Assembly: GCA_041640595.1 (NCBI GenBank) | Contig: JBEPZY010000002.1 | Span: 500,651 to 564,650 of the forward strand | Origin: Gemmatales bacterium | GTDB taxonomy: Bacteria; Planctomycetota; Planctomycetia; Gemmatales; HRBIN36 | Reading direction: 5' to 3' | DNA: 64,000 bases | The notes under the pieces: model-generated | Database searches by the model: none | Told to the model about the DNA's origin: nothing | Seen by the model: the letters and a program-made list of their open reading frames with translations, nothing else | Made by a program: the position numbers and the translations under genes | In this document: positions 20,548 through 29,994 of the stretch, piece by piece | Position numbering within the stretch: position 1 is the stretch's first letter | Layout: each line of letters begins with the position of its first letter

Positions 20548-21540
20548 ATGGTCGCTGCCCACTGCTCGGAGCCGTTATCCCCTTCGGAGCCATGTTGCGA
20601 GGAGAAGCTGCTTAGCGATGTCGGTGCAGTTCCTATACACGTGGTCAGCTGGCGTCGGCAACGCACCCTGGCCAAGCCCATCAAGCTTACAGCTCGGGGA
20701 CTACTCTATGGGCGGAATGTAAACCTGATGCTTATTCCGGCCCCTCCGAACACAGGGCGAGTTTTCCGTCGCGCTGATTTGCCTGACACACCCTTGATTC
20801 CAGCAGTAGCGGATCGGGTAAGCTCCACGCAAAGGCGTACCGTGCTGGGAACGGCACCGGCTCATGTTGAACTGGTCGAGCACGTTCTTGCTGCCCTGGC
20901 GGCGTTTATGGTGGACAATTGTATCCTAGAAATAGATCGTCCGGAGTTGCCCGGCTGGGATGGGTCGGTGCTACCTCTGGCTCATGCGTTATCAGAAACC
21001 GACATCGCGGAACAGGAAGCATGGATTCCTGTTATCACGCCACAATGGCCGCTGATTATCCGACACCATCACGCTTCTGTGGCGATCTATCCTAATAAGC
21101 GGCCGGAATTACATATCAGCTATTTCCTCGATTATGGCCATTGGGCGGTCATTGCGCCGCAACGCTTCGGTTGCTGTGTTACTCCCGAAACCTTTATTAA
21201 CTCCATAGCGGGCAGCCGCACTTTTTTGCTGCTTGAGGAGGTCCAAGCCTTACGCCGGCAGGGCGTGGGTATAGAGACGGGGCCGGAACAGGTGTTGGTT
21301 TTCACCCCTCAGGGCGTGCTTGCGAATCGCCTTCGCTGGGCGGATGAGCCCGCGCGCCATAAGACTCTCGATCTACTCGGTGATTTATCACTTGTCGGTC
21401 TGCCTCTGGCGGGACATGTTTTCGCCTGCCGTTCAGGGCACACTCTGAATGTTGCATTGGCTAAATGCCTTCGACGTAGTCTAATATCAAGTGGTATTTT
21501 GAACACTAACAGTCATCTGTGCCAATCATCCGCGGCATGA
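20548..21540 (+). CDS. lpxC: UDP-3-O-acyl-N-acetylglucosamine deacetylase
   Basis: RQRTLAKP, VEHVLAAL, ELPGWDGS, SRTF, DEPARHKTLDLLGD, RSGH; start uncertain. Confidence 0.92.
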   Translation: MVAAHCSEPLSPSEPCCEEKLLSDVGAVPIHVVSWRRQRTLAKPIKLTARGLLYGRNVNLMLIPAPPNTGRVFRRADLPDTPLIPAVADRVSSTQRRTVLGTAPAHVELVEHVLAALAAFMVDNCILEIDRPELPGWDGSVLPLAHALSETDIAEQEAWIPVITPQWPLIIRHHHASVAIYPNKRPELHISYFLDYGHWAVIAPQRFGCCVTPETFINSIAGSRTFLLLEEVQALRRQGVGIETGPEQVLVFTPQGVLANRLRWADEPARHKTLDLLGDLSLVGLPLAGHVFACRSGHTLNVALAKCLRRSLISSGILNTNSHLCQSSAA

Positions 21541-21558
21541 GGTCGGGAAAGCACTAAT

Positions 21559-22581
21559 ATGGCCCCCCTGCGTGTCGGCGTGGTCGGTTTAGGGCACATG
21601 GGTAAAGAACATGCCCGAATCCTGGCCACGCTCCCGGATGCAAAGCTAGCGGCAGTAGCGGACCTGGACGCGAACACGCGCGACACCATCGCACGGAAAT
21701 ACGAGACCCGTGCCTTTGCTGATCACCGTCAGCTAATCGGTCTGGTAGATGCCGTAATCATCGCTGTTCCAACTTACGCTCACTATGAGGTGGCCAGCGA
21801 TTTCCTGCGACACAGGGTACCGTGTCTGGTAGAAAAACCGCTGGCGAGCAATCTGGAACAGGCCGAACAGCTGGTGCAATTGAGCCGCGAGTTTAATACG
21901 CTCTTGCAAGTGGGACATATCGAGCGATTTAATCCTGCGCTGCTGGACCTTGAAAAACGGCCAATCCGGCCTCATTTTATCCAGGGCCAGCGGCTCTCGA
22001 TGTTTAGTGGGCGATGCTTAGATGTCGGGGTTGTTCTCGATCTTATGATTCACGACCTGGATGTGCTGCTGGCTCTGGTACGCAGTCCGGTAGTGGAGGT
22101 CGAGGCGGTAGGCGTCAGCTTGTTTGGTGGCCATGAGGATATAGCGGAAGCCCGGCTCAGGTTTGCCAACGGATGTGTAGCAACCTTGACAGCCAGCCGG
22201 ATCAGTGTTCGACCCTTACGGCGTATGATTGTTTACTCCCCTGAAGGTTACGTCGAGCTTGATTTTTTTCGTAAGCATACCCTAATTGTGCAGCCTTCTG
22301 AGAAAGCTAAGCAACTCGGCTGGAGGCCAGAGCAATTGGATATCAGTCTGGTCGGCCTGCTACGTGAAAAGCTGTTCGGACAATGGTTAGAGGTACGGGA
22401 GTTCAACCACGATGAAGGGGACCAGCTTACCGAGGAAATTCGCCATTTTCTTTACTGCGTGCGAACTGGAGCCCGGCCGAGGGTAACGGGAGAAGATGGA
22501 CGGGACGCTATCGCTCTGGCAGAACGCATCCTTGATAAAATTCGTGCCAGTCCACTATATGCCCAGCGCCGGGCCGCTTAG
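21559..22581 (+). CDS. Gfo/Idh/MocA oxidoreductase, GnnA-like
   Basis: VGVVGLGHMG, LVEKPLA, QVGHIERFNPA, DVGVVLDLMIHDLD, TASRIS; lipid A context. Confidence 0.85.
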   Translation: MAPLRVGVVGLGHMGKEHARILATLPDAKLAAVADLDANTRDTIARKYETRAFADHRQLIGLVDAVIIAVPTYAHYEVASDFLRHRVPCLVEKPLASNLEQAEQLVQLSREFNTLLQVGHIERFNPALLDLEKRPIRPHFIQGQRLSMFSGRCLDVGVVLDLMIHDLDVLLALVRSPVVEVEAVGVSLFGGHEDIAEARLRFANGCVATLTASRISVRPLRRMIVYSPEGYVELDFFRKHTLIVQPSEKAKQLGWRPEQLDISLVGLLREKLFGQWLEVREFNHDEGDQLTEEIRHFLYCVRTGARPRVTGEDGRDAIALAERILDKIRASPLYAQRRAA

Positions 22582-22725
22582 CTAACGCCTACGCCGATGT
22601 TCTTCCTTATCTATCGCAAGACCATCTGATATAGATTGAGTGTTTGATCCCAACCCGAAGGAAGTTTCGCCTTGGCTTCTGGACAAATGATTAGCTGGTT
22701 GATATAGGCGATTGCCGGAATAGAC

Positions 22726-23982
22726 CTAACGCCCAGCGATCAGGATGCGATCCTTGTAAAAGAGGAGGCTCGCAAAACTGACACTTTCAAAACCGTTAGG
22801 AGCTACGTATTGTTCGTAGTGAAGCAGCTGACCGCGGTTAGGCTCGAGCACCGACATTAAGGTATAAGTCGGAGGAAACCCACAGATGCGTCGCCGGTCG
22901 CGTTCCTCAAGCAGGGTACGGAAAAAACCGTGGCGATCACTGGCGGCCATCCGGGCTAATAAAGCCTGGTCGCGGTGGCGACTTTCTTCCAGCCATTCAG
23001 TGTGCACAGGAGATGGGTCGCCAAACTTCGGGCCTATATGTGCCAGATCGCCACTGGCAATGTAAAAGACACGGGCACCGCTTTCACGCTCTGCGGTTTG
23101 CAGGGCCACCAGCATCTGGGCTATGTCCGGTATCTCTTCCGGTAAGCGCTCCTGAACAATGCAGTCGTGGAACGAGCCGACAACGATGGGAACAATGCGG
23201 AAGGGCCGGTCGGGAAAACAGTATTGCAAGAAGAGCACCTGAAGTTCGATGGAATGCTCTGGCCAGTGAGCTGGTTCATCATCAAAGAGGCCATCTCCGT
23301 AACTCTCAGTAATCAGGCGAACGTAATCCCGATCGGTAACCACCTTACCCAACGGCGTCTCGAAATCGCGCTGTGTTATAGTGAATCTATGTCCACTATA
23401 ATGAGCCGTGCCGAGAATGACGAAGATATCTGCCTGAGTATGCTCGATAAGCTCCTTATAAGCCCAGGCATAGCTATGTCCACCGCGGTGATAATCAATA
23501 TGGGGAATCAGGGCTCCGCGTAAAGCATGGGTGTAAGTACCGTTGCGGAGCAAGGTTTCGGGATCAATGCCGGGGCCTCCGGGTCTTAGAAATTGTTGCC
23601 GCAAGTGTTCGCGCGCCCGGTCCGGCTCGGGGGGATAGACACCTAAACATGCCGGCGGCCGAACCTGGATACTGGCGAAATGCTCTCGAAATCGTCCCCC
23701 ATCTAAAAGCAATGCCTCGTCCAGATGTCGTGTGATGTTCTCCAACCATTCGAGAGGTACCAGTGTTCCTCCCGTGAACCGCATCAATTCTAATTGCAGA
23801 TCGCGCAGAGAACGGCTGCCGTCGAGCATTTCAACAATGGGCACCAGTTCCAAAGGAATACGTATCGCCCGATCGCTGAGCCTGGCCTGATCGAAGAGCC
23901 AGACAAATCTCTGATCTTGCTCGTCCGGCACGGCACTTACGGAAGGCCGCAGACGCGGTTTCTCCGGCAATGCTGAGGCCAT
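22726..23982 (-). CDS. AmmeMemoRadiSam system protein B (MEMO1 family), long form
   Basis: PHIDYHRG, LGTAHY, FETPLG, EHSIELQ, ASGDLAHIGPKFGD, RICGFPP. Confidence 0.88.
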   Translation of the reverse strand: MASALPEKPRLRPSVSAVPDEQDQRFVWLFDQARLSDRAIRIPLELVPIVEMLDGSRSLRDLQLELMRFTGGTLVPLEWLENITRHLDEALLLDGGRFREHFASIQVRPPACLGVYPPEPDRAREHLRQQFLRPGGPGIDPETLLRNGTYTHALRGALIPHIDYHRGGHSYAWAYKELIEHTQADIFVILGTAHYSGHRFTITQRDFETPLGKVVTDRDYVRLITESYGDGLFDDEPAHWPEHSIELQVLFLQYCFPDRPFRIVPIVVGSFHDCIVQERLPEEIPDIAQMLVALQTAERESGARVFYIASGDLAHIGPKFGDPSPVHTEWLEESRHRDQALLARMAASDRHGFFRTLLEERDRRRICGFPPTYTLMSVLEPNRGQLLHYEQYVAPNGFESVSFASLLFYKDRILIAGR

Positions 23983-24200
23983 GAGTATTCTCCTGAGCAA
24001 AAGTGATTGCGAGGCTTATCCCGGCGCTAACACATTTTTGGCCTGCACCCTGCAAAAATCAAGGCAGTGAAAACGTACACCTGGTGTGCGATATTTCACG
24101 GTTCTAACCTGGCCTGGCATCATTTTATTGCGGTTAAAAAAAGCCAGCAGGGATGCCGAAGCATCCCCGCTGACCAGGAAAGGAGGAGGAACCGGCTCGA

Positions 24201-24605
24201 TCAAGGCGTGGTGGCCAAGCGTACTTCCTCTCTGCGGACTGGTTCTTCGGAGGCGAGTAGCTCTAATTGATGTACCAGCTCCTTTACTCCCTTGCGCATT
24301 TGTTGCAACTGGGTCAGGGCCTGATCGCGTTCCTTAGTGCGATCATTGAGTTGCTCTTTGACCTCTTGCAATTGTCGGGCCAGCTCACGTAATTGCTGCA
24401 CCTCGGCAATCAAGCGATCTCGCTCCGTCTTGACTTCCTTCAATTCCTTGCGCAGGACCGAAGCCTGTTGTTGCAGGTTCGCTAATTCTTCTTCAAGCAG
24501 TTGCATTTTTTGCTTAGCTTGAGAACCCGATCCGCTCTGAGCACAACCCCATACGGTAACCGCAGCCAGAAGACCCAGGACTAAGGTGGCTCGATGTCTT
24601 TGCAT
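24201..24605 (-). CDS. Coiled-coil lipoprotein
   Basis: Lipobox-like AVTVWGC followed by a heptad-rich Q/E/L helix; AAGGAG before start. Confidence 0.7.
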   Translation of the reverse strand: MQRHRATLVLGLLAAVTVWGCAQSGSGSQAKQKMQLLEEELANLQQQASVLRKELKEVKTERDRLIAEVQQLRELARQLQEVKEQLNDRTKERDQALTQLQQMRKGVKELVHQLELLASEEPVRREEVRLATTP

Positions 24606-24735
24606 GGTGCGCTCCTTTGTGTTGCTTGGTTGCGATACTTGATACCGGCTCTAATTTCCCGGCGTCAAACTTTATGTCGGCAACGCTGGCTACGTACTTT
24701 ACGTGAACCTGGCTGGTTTTCGGTATCGTCCTGTC

Positions 24736-24763
24736 TTGACCCACCATGCGCAACCGATATGAT
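24736..24763 (+). promoter_or_regulatory. Putative sigma-70 promoter of the rhomboid gene
   Basis: TTGACC-N16-TATGAT. Confidence 0.4.
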
Positions 24764-24888
24764 AGTTACAATCGGCAGCGGCTATTTCTACGGACCTGGT
24801 GGCGGGCGGCCGTCATACGAAAGCTTCTTCAGGCTTAGATGAGTAAAGGTTTCACCACTGCTCGCGGAAATTATCTGGGAGCCGTGCG

Positions 24889-25665
24889 ATGTTCCTTTTC
24901 TTGCCGTATCACGTTGATGTACCTATGCAACGCATACCCTGGGCGAACTGGGTTCTTATAGCGGTTACTTCGTTATTCAGTCTGGCAGGTATAGGAGCGA
25001 ACTGGGAGTTCGGCTCGGATGCCTGGATGTGGAAGTGGTGCCTGCATCGAGAAAATTTCCGACTTTATCAACTCCTTACCTTCCAACTGGTGCATGCCGA
25101 CGTGGTGCATTTGTTTCTCAACATGTACTTTCTATTTCTTTTTGGCAATGCCGTAAACGCGAAAATAGGCCATGCGCGGTTTTTATCGCTCTATTTCGCC
25201 CTGGGAGCGTTTACGGGTCTGGTTTGGGCGGTGACCGATTCGGCGGACATGCTCCTGGGAGCTTCGGGTGCTGTCTGCGTGATCACAGGGATGTTCCTTA
25301 TCCTATATCCGTTCAACGAAGTGGCGGTTTTTTATGGCTGGTATATTTATCGCGCTGGCGACATGGGCGTAATGTATATGAGCTCGATTTGGCTAATCCT
25401 GGCCTATATTGTCTATGACCTGACGGGATGTTTTCTCTGGCGTCATGAGCCGATTGCATACATATCTCACCTTACTGGCTATTTTCTGGGAATTGCCGCT
25501 GCGGTGGCGCTCTTATTGGGTGGCTGGATTAAACCGGCGGAAGGCGAAGAGACCCTGTTGCAGTATCTAAACATTCACGGACCCGCAGCTATACGGCGAC
25601 GACATAAGAAAAAGCGGTCGCTGATTCGCCGCCAGCCAGGTTCAGAAGAACTTACGGAGCAATAG
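24889..25665 (+). CDS. Rhomboid family intramembrane serine protease
   Basis: LVHADVVHLFLNM, GASGA (catalytic Ser), AYISHLTGY (catalytic His). Confidence 0.9.
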   Translation: MFLFLPYHVDVPMQRIPWANWVLIAVTSLFSLAGIGANWEFGSDAWMWKWCLHRENFRLYQLLTFQLVHADVVHLFLNMYFLFLFGNAVNAKIGHARFLSLYFALGAFTGLVWAVTDSADMLLGASGAVCVITGMFLILYPFNEVAVFYGWYIYRAGDMGVMYMSSIWLILAYIVYDLTGCFLWRHEPIAYISHLTGYFLGIAAAVALLLGGWIKPAEGEETLLQYLNIHGPAAIRRRHKKKRSLIRRQPGSEELTEQ

Positions 25666-25902
25666 TCACCCGGCACTTCCTGGACCGACTGGAACCGCTG
25701 ATGATGGAGACTTGCCCCAAGGTAGCACATCCCGGCGTCGGCTATCAAGGTAGCGAGCCAGCATCGTTTTCCCGAGTTTATCCGCGTGCAGTGGTACCTA
25801 TAATATGGAGATGTTACCGCGTGAGTCCGCACAGAAGCGAGCTTGCGTAGGGCAATTTTCATAACCTGCGGCAGAAAGTAACACTCATTATTGGAGCAAG
25901 GT

Positions 25903-26784
25903 ATGCAGCAATGGACAGAACGTGAAGAGCAAGCGGCCCGCTGGCTTATAGAGCGAGCATTGGCCGAGGATTTAGATATTGCCGGGGACATAACCACGCA
26001 AACTCTTATTCCCGGCGAGGCATTTGGTAGAGCAAACGTGGTAGCTCGACAGGATGGTGTGGTTTGCGGATTGCCGATCCCAGGCATGGTTTGGCACCAG
26101 CTCGCCAAAAAAATAGGTATCCGCTGGCACGTTGGCGACGGCGATCGTGTGCGCGCGGGAATGGTGTTCGGTGAAGTTAGTGGTCCGCTGGCCGATATTC
26201 TTACCGCAGAACGCACTGTACTGAATTTCCTGCAGCGCCTTAGCGGAATTGCCAGCTTGACCCGCCGCTTCGTGGACGCTGTGAGTGGTACAGGGTGCTT
26301 GATTCTCGACACTCGCAAAACCACACCGGGCTGGCGAATTCTTGAAAAATACGCCGTGCGCTGCGGGGGCGGGGTCAACCATCGCCTGGGACTTTATGAC
26401 GGCATCCTGATCAAGGATAATCACCTAGCGATTCTCAGGCAGCAAGGTCTTTCTGTGCAAGAGGCGATTAAGAGGGTGCGTGAGCGATTCGGACGCTCCT
26501 ATCCCATAGAAATCGAGGCCGACACATTAGAGGAAGTTACTGTTGCTTTGCAATCCGGGGCTGATATTATCCTTCTGGACAACATGGATCCGGCAAAGAT
26601 ACGGCAAGCTGTCGCGTTGCGGAATGATATAGCACCTCACGTTATATTAGAGGCATCCGGAGGTATTAGCTTAGCAAATGTTAGGGCGGTTGCCGAAACA
26701 GGTGTAGAACGTATCAGCATTGGGGCACTGACGCATTCTGCCCCCGCGCTTGACATTGGTCTGGACTATCTTGGGCCCAACTGA
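25903..26784 (+). CDS. nadC: Nicotinate-nucleotide diphosphorylase (carboxylating)
   Basis: AERTVLNFLQRLSGIA, DTRKTTPG, NHRLGL, LIKDNH, EIEAD, LLDNM, EASGGI. Confidence 0.97.
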   Translation: MQQWTEREEQAARWLIERALAEDLDIAGDITTQTLIPGEAFGRANVVARQDGVVCGLPIPGMVWHQLAKKIGIRWHVGDGDRVRAGMVFGEVSGPLADILTAERTVLNFLQRLSGIASLTRRFVDAVSGTGCLILDTRKTTPGWRILEKYAVRCGGGVNHRLGLYDGILIKDNHLAILRQQGLSVQEAIKRVRERFGRSYPIEIEADTLEEVTVALQSGADIILLDNMDPAKIRQAVALRNDIAPHVILEASGGISLANVRAVAETGVERISIGALTHSAPALDIGLDYLGPN

Positions 26785-26793
26785 GAGCCGAAA

Positions 26794-27657
26794 TTAAGGG
26801 GGTGGAACTGGATCATCCGGTTTGGCTTTGGTTATCGGCTGGGGAAACAGAGCCTGGTTGTCACGTGCAGGAGAAACACGTTCCAGGTCACCTACAAAGC
26901 TAAGCAATAGCAAATGCGTGTGTCCCTTTTGGGGATCATCGAATATAGTGCTGCCAAAAGAAGGGACCTGTTCTCGACTGGCGCCCAGGAGCAGAGTTTC
27001 AAGGGGTCTAAGTGTAAGTGTAGCCGCTAGGAATGGAAACCGTGTTTCGCTCAGTGGCACTGCTAACGGCCAGGATGATTGGCCTGGCAAGAGCAGCCGG
27101 GTTGCGTCGGATTGCTGATGGCGGATCACTGGTTCGATGCGTAAACCGATACCATCTTCGTGTCGGCCCAGAAATTCCAGAAGTAAACCTCCTTGGGCCT
27201 GGCTAAATTCGGCCACGGAACATTCGCCGGCATAGTAAACCGGGCAGGTCAAATAAGCGACCGGCTCCGACATGGCGAGGAAATGAGTCTTGCCGGGACG
27301 CAGGAACAAATGAGACGCCTTGGGTGGCGAGGATAAGCAAGAGTCCGAATTTCGCCAGGCAGCGGGATCAGCACGCGCGAGCACACCGATACGGAAACCA
27401 TTGGTTCTAAGTAACGGGCGGAGATGGGCGGGAATAATCTGTTCATCGGCATCCCGCCAGATAAGTGCAAAGCTTTCTCCGGCTGACAGCGGAAAAACGA
27501 TGTCATATAAGCGGAATGCGGCAATGTCGTCGGGAAGCGTTAGACGTAAACCTTTGCGAAATTCTTGCTGGGGAAAATCACGTGGCAGCCAGGAATCCAG
27601 GTTCCAGCAGCCAAGCAGGCTTAACGCTGCTAATAGGGCGCACCCTATACATCGCAT
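26794..27657 (-). CDS. Hypothetical lipoprotein
   Basis: Lipobox ALSLLGC; WRDADEQ...NGFRIG segment; long ORF filling the gap. Confidence 0.6.
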   Translation of the reverse strand: MRCIGCALLAALSLLGCWNLDSWLPRDFPQQEFRKGLRLTLPDDIAAFRLYDIVFPLSAGESFALIWRDADEQIIPAHLRPLLRTNGFRIGVLARADPAAWRNSDSCLSSPPKASHLFLRPGKTHFLAMSEPVAYLTCPVYYAGECSVAEFSQAQGGLLLEFLGRHEDGIGLRIEPVIRHQQSDATRLLLPGQSSWPLAVPLSETRFPFLAATLTLRPLETLLLGASREQVPSFGSTIFDDPQKGHTHLLLLSFVGDLERVSPARDNQALFPQPITKAKPDDPVPPP

Positions 27658-27799
27658 GAGGAGCAAAGAGAGACTTTTACGAGTGATATATGGCTCTAAA
27701 TTCGTTTTGTTGCATAAGCAAGGTGCCTGGGTTGCTGATCGGAAATCCGGCACCAGCTAATTGGCAAGCCGCGGTCAGGATTGCAGCGAGGGCGAAGAG

Positions 27800-28450
27800 C
27801 TAATAGGTCGGTTGGGACTGGCGGGAGCGATGCCGGGGCCAGAAACGTTTCACCAGAGCCGAGAACCGATGCCGCCAAATCTCGCGGCGCATCTGCCAGC
27901 GACTGGTCATCCAGTTCATTTGCAAAACGCGACGTGGGCCGGCATAAGGTTTGTGGCCATGCCAGGAGTTGTCGGTGCGGCGAAAGGCCAGGAGCGTGCC
28001 TTCTATAGGCGGTACCTCGACCAGCACATCGTCCAGGTTGTGAGGCGAACGCAGCAGGCGAAGTCGGCCACCGTCCGCTTCCCACTCCGGGTTGAGGTAC
28101 ACCAGTACCGTGATCAATTTGGAAGGCGTGTCCGTGTGAATCTGGCCGTCCGTTTCCCGGCACCAGCCGCGAACCGTCAGCATGATGGGACGGTGTTTCA
28201 GCGACAAGCCGAACTTGCTTTCAAAAGCCTGGCAAACCGCATCGCCAGTCATTTCTTCCACCAACGTGCGGAAGGCCGGGCCATAAGTCAATTCTGCCAG
28301 AGGAAAACTCCCCGGATGTTCGATTTTGGGAAAATCGGCATGGATGGCTGGCAGTGCCTCTTTGCGGACAAAACCAGGCACGATCAGATACGGAAACGGT
28401 TCGTGCACTAACGGAGTAGCATGGAATGCATCGAGGTTTAGGTACGACAT
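27800..28450 (-). CDS. 2OG-Fe(II) oxygenase family protein
   Basis: IHTD (HxD), LVYLN..W...GGRLRL, SWHGH, RRVLQ; AGGAGG Shine-Dalgarno. Confidence 0.9.
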   Translation of the reverse strand: MSYLNLDAFHATPLVHEPFPYLIVPGFVRKEALPAIHADFPKIEHPGSFPLAELTYGPAFRTLVEEMTGDAVCQAFESKFGLSLKHRPIMLTVRGWCRETDGQIHTDTPSKLITVLVYLNPEWEADGGRLRLLRSPHNLDDVLVEVPPIEGTLLAFRRTDNSWHGHKPYAGPRRVLQMNWMTSRWQMRREIWRHRFSALVKRFWPRHRSRQSQPTY

Positions 28451-28490
28451 CTTTTTGCCTCCTCTGTTCCGTTGGGCCAAGTGCGGCGGG

Positions 28491-28519
28491 ACTGTAGGTC
28501 AGCCCATCGCTTTTGTCAA
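28491..28519 (-). promoter_or_regulatory. Sigma-70 promoter of the 2OG-Fe(II) oxygenase gene
   Basis: Minus strand TTGACA-N17-TACAGT, about 40 bp before the ATG. Confidence 0.6.
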
Positions 28520-28534
28520 GACATACTGGGGGCC

Positions 28535-28586
28535 GGGGCTGTATAAAGCAGCTACTGCAATGGAGAAGGCTTTTTGCAACAGCCCC
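28535..28586. mobile_element. MITE-like remnant with IS-type inverted ends
   Basis: GGGGCTGT...ACAGCCCC; right end GCTTTTTGCAACAGCC resembles IS1182/IS5-type termini; no transposase. Confidence 0.35.
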
Positions 28587-28796
28587 AGGAGGAAACCTCG
28601 CCGTGCTTGAAAAATAAAGGAAAAATGCATCAAAGACTCCCCGCATGCAAAAGGGAACACTGATCCTTGCCAGCGACGCTCACCTGGCAACTGCAAGACA
28701 TAAGGCGGTTCAGGTGGGACACGTAACCTCCTTCTTAGTCAAAAACCCGACAGTAATTCCAAAAATAAGGCGGTTCGGCTAAGCAAAAAGGAACAC

Positions 28797-29972
28797 TCAT
28801 TGTCGCCAGCGGCGCAGCCGGTCCCAAACTCGCCCGGCACGAACGTAACCCAAATACCACACCCGCACCGTCCCATCCTCGCATCCGCATACTAGATAGC
28901 GGCCATCCGGCGTAACTGCCAGACAATAGAACTGTTTGTCAGTCTCGAACCGCCGCACTTCGTTTCCGGTAGCCAGTTCCCAGACCAGCACCGCCCGGCG
29001 GACAGGAGAGCCAAACTTTGCCACTACCACATAGCGGCCATCCGGCGTTACTGCTGGGGCACGGAACGCGCCAAAGGTCGGGACACCGAGTGGGCCAAAG
29101 GTTATATCAGGGGTCGCACGCCAGACCACGTTCCAACTATCACACGCCCACACGGCCACATTGGAGATCACGTCGCCAAAATGCTTGGCGGTATTGCCTA
29201 CGGACACGACATAGCGGCCATCCAGGGTTGCAGCAATGCCGATGACCGGGACGTCGGATCCGCGCAGCTGCTGAACTTGGTTACCCGTGGCCAGATCCCA
29301 TACCCGCAGCGTAGCGTCATCTCCCCCCGACAGGATATAACGACCATCCGGAGTTACCGCAACGCTCTCTACGGGGAATAGGTGCCCGGTCAGTCGCCGT
29401 ACCTCCTTCCCGGTGGCCAATTCCCATATCCGCACCGTTCTGTCCCAGCTTCCCGATACCACATACCGGCCGTCCGGCGTTACCGCCACACTCCTGACAT
29501 GGCCTTCGTGGCCGGCGAAGCGTCTGATTTCCTCACCGGTGGCCAGTTCCCAGAGCCGCAGCGTAGCGTCATTTCCCCCCGACACGATATAGCGGCCATC
29601 GGGAGTTACCGCAACGCTCTCCACGTGGCCTTGGTGCCCGGTCAGTCGCCGTACCTCCTTCCCGGTGGCCAACTCCCATACCCGCACCGTGCTGTCCCAG
29701 CTCCCCGATACCACATACCGGCCGTCCGGCGTTACGGCGACGCTGGTTACTGCGTCTTGGTGCCCCGTTAGCCTTCGCACTTCGTACAGCGAACGCAATA
29801 CAAAATGCATCGTCAGAAGCACCAGGACGCCCAACACCAGGAAAATTCCGCTCACCAGCAATGCTGGCAGCCACGAGTCCCGCCTCGCCACCCTCATTTG
29901 AGTATTCTGCTCGACCTCGGCTCGACCCGTATCCGCCTGTTCCGACTGCTGCCGATCACGCTCCGCGGCCAT
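28797..29972 (-). CDS. Membrane-anchored WD40 repeat protein (7 blades)
   Basis: One TM helix, then GH...SVAVTPDGRY..SG..D.T.R.WE repeats; GGAGG before start. Confidence 0.93.
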   Translation of the reverse strand: MAAERDRQQSEQADTGRAEVEQNTQMRVARRDSWLPALLVSGIFLVLGVLVLLTMHFVLRSLYEVRRLTGHQDAVTSVAVTPDGRYVVSGSWDSTVRVWELATGKEVRRLTGHQGHVESVAVTPDGRYIVSGGNDATLRLWELATGEEIRRFAGHEGHVRSVAVTPDGRYVVSGSWDRTVRIWELATGKEVRRLTGHLFPVESVAVTPDGRYILSGGDDATLRVWDLATGNQVQQLRGSDVPVIGIAATLDGRYVVSVGNTAKHFGDVISNVAVWACDSWNVVWRATPDITFGPLGVPTFGAFRAPAVTPDGRYVVVAKFGSPVRRAVLVWELATGNEVRRFETDKQFYCLAVTPDGRYLVCGCEDGTVRVWYLGYVRAGRVWDRLRRWRQ

Positions 29973-29994
29973 GTTCGCATCCTCCGATCTGCTT

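Noticed and set aside
25793..25819. dif-like site GGTACCTATAA-TATGG-AGATGTTACCG
   Set aside because: Spacer would be 5 bp rather than 6 and the XerD arm is poor; the TATAAT at 25799-25804 is better explained as a -10 box for nadC
28647..28815. Diversity-generating retroelement (template/variable repeat) at the WD40 3' end
   Set aside because: Match is only 33 bp, mismatches are not adenine-specific, and there is no reverse transcriptase in the window
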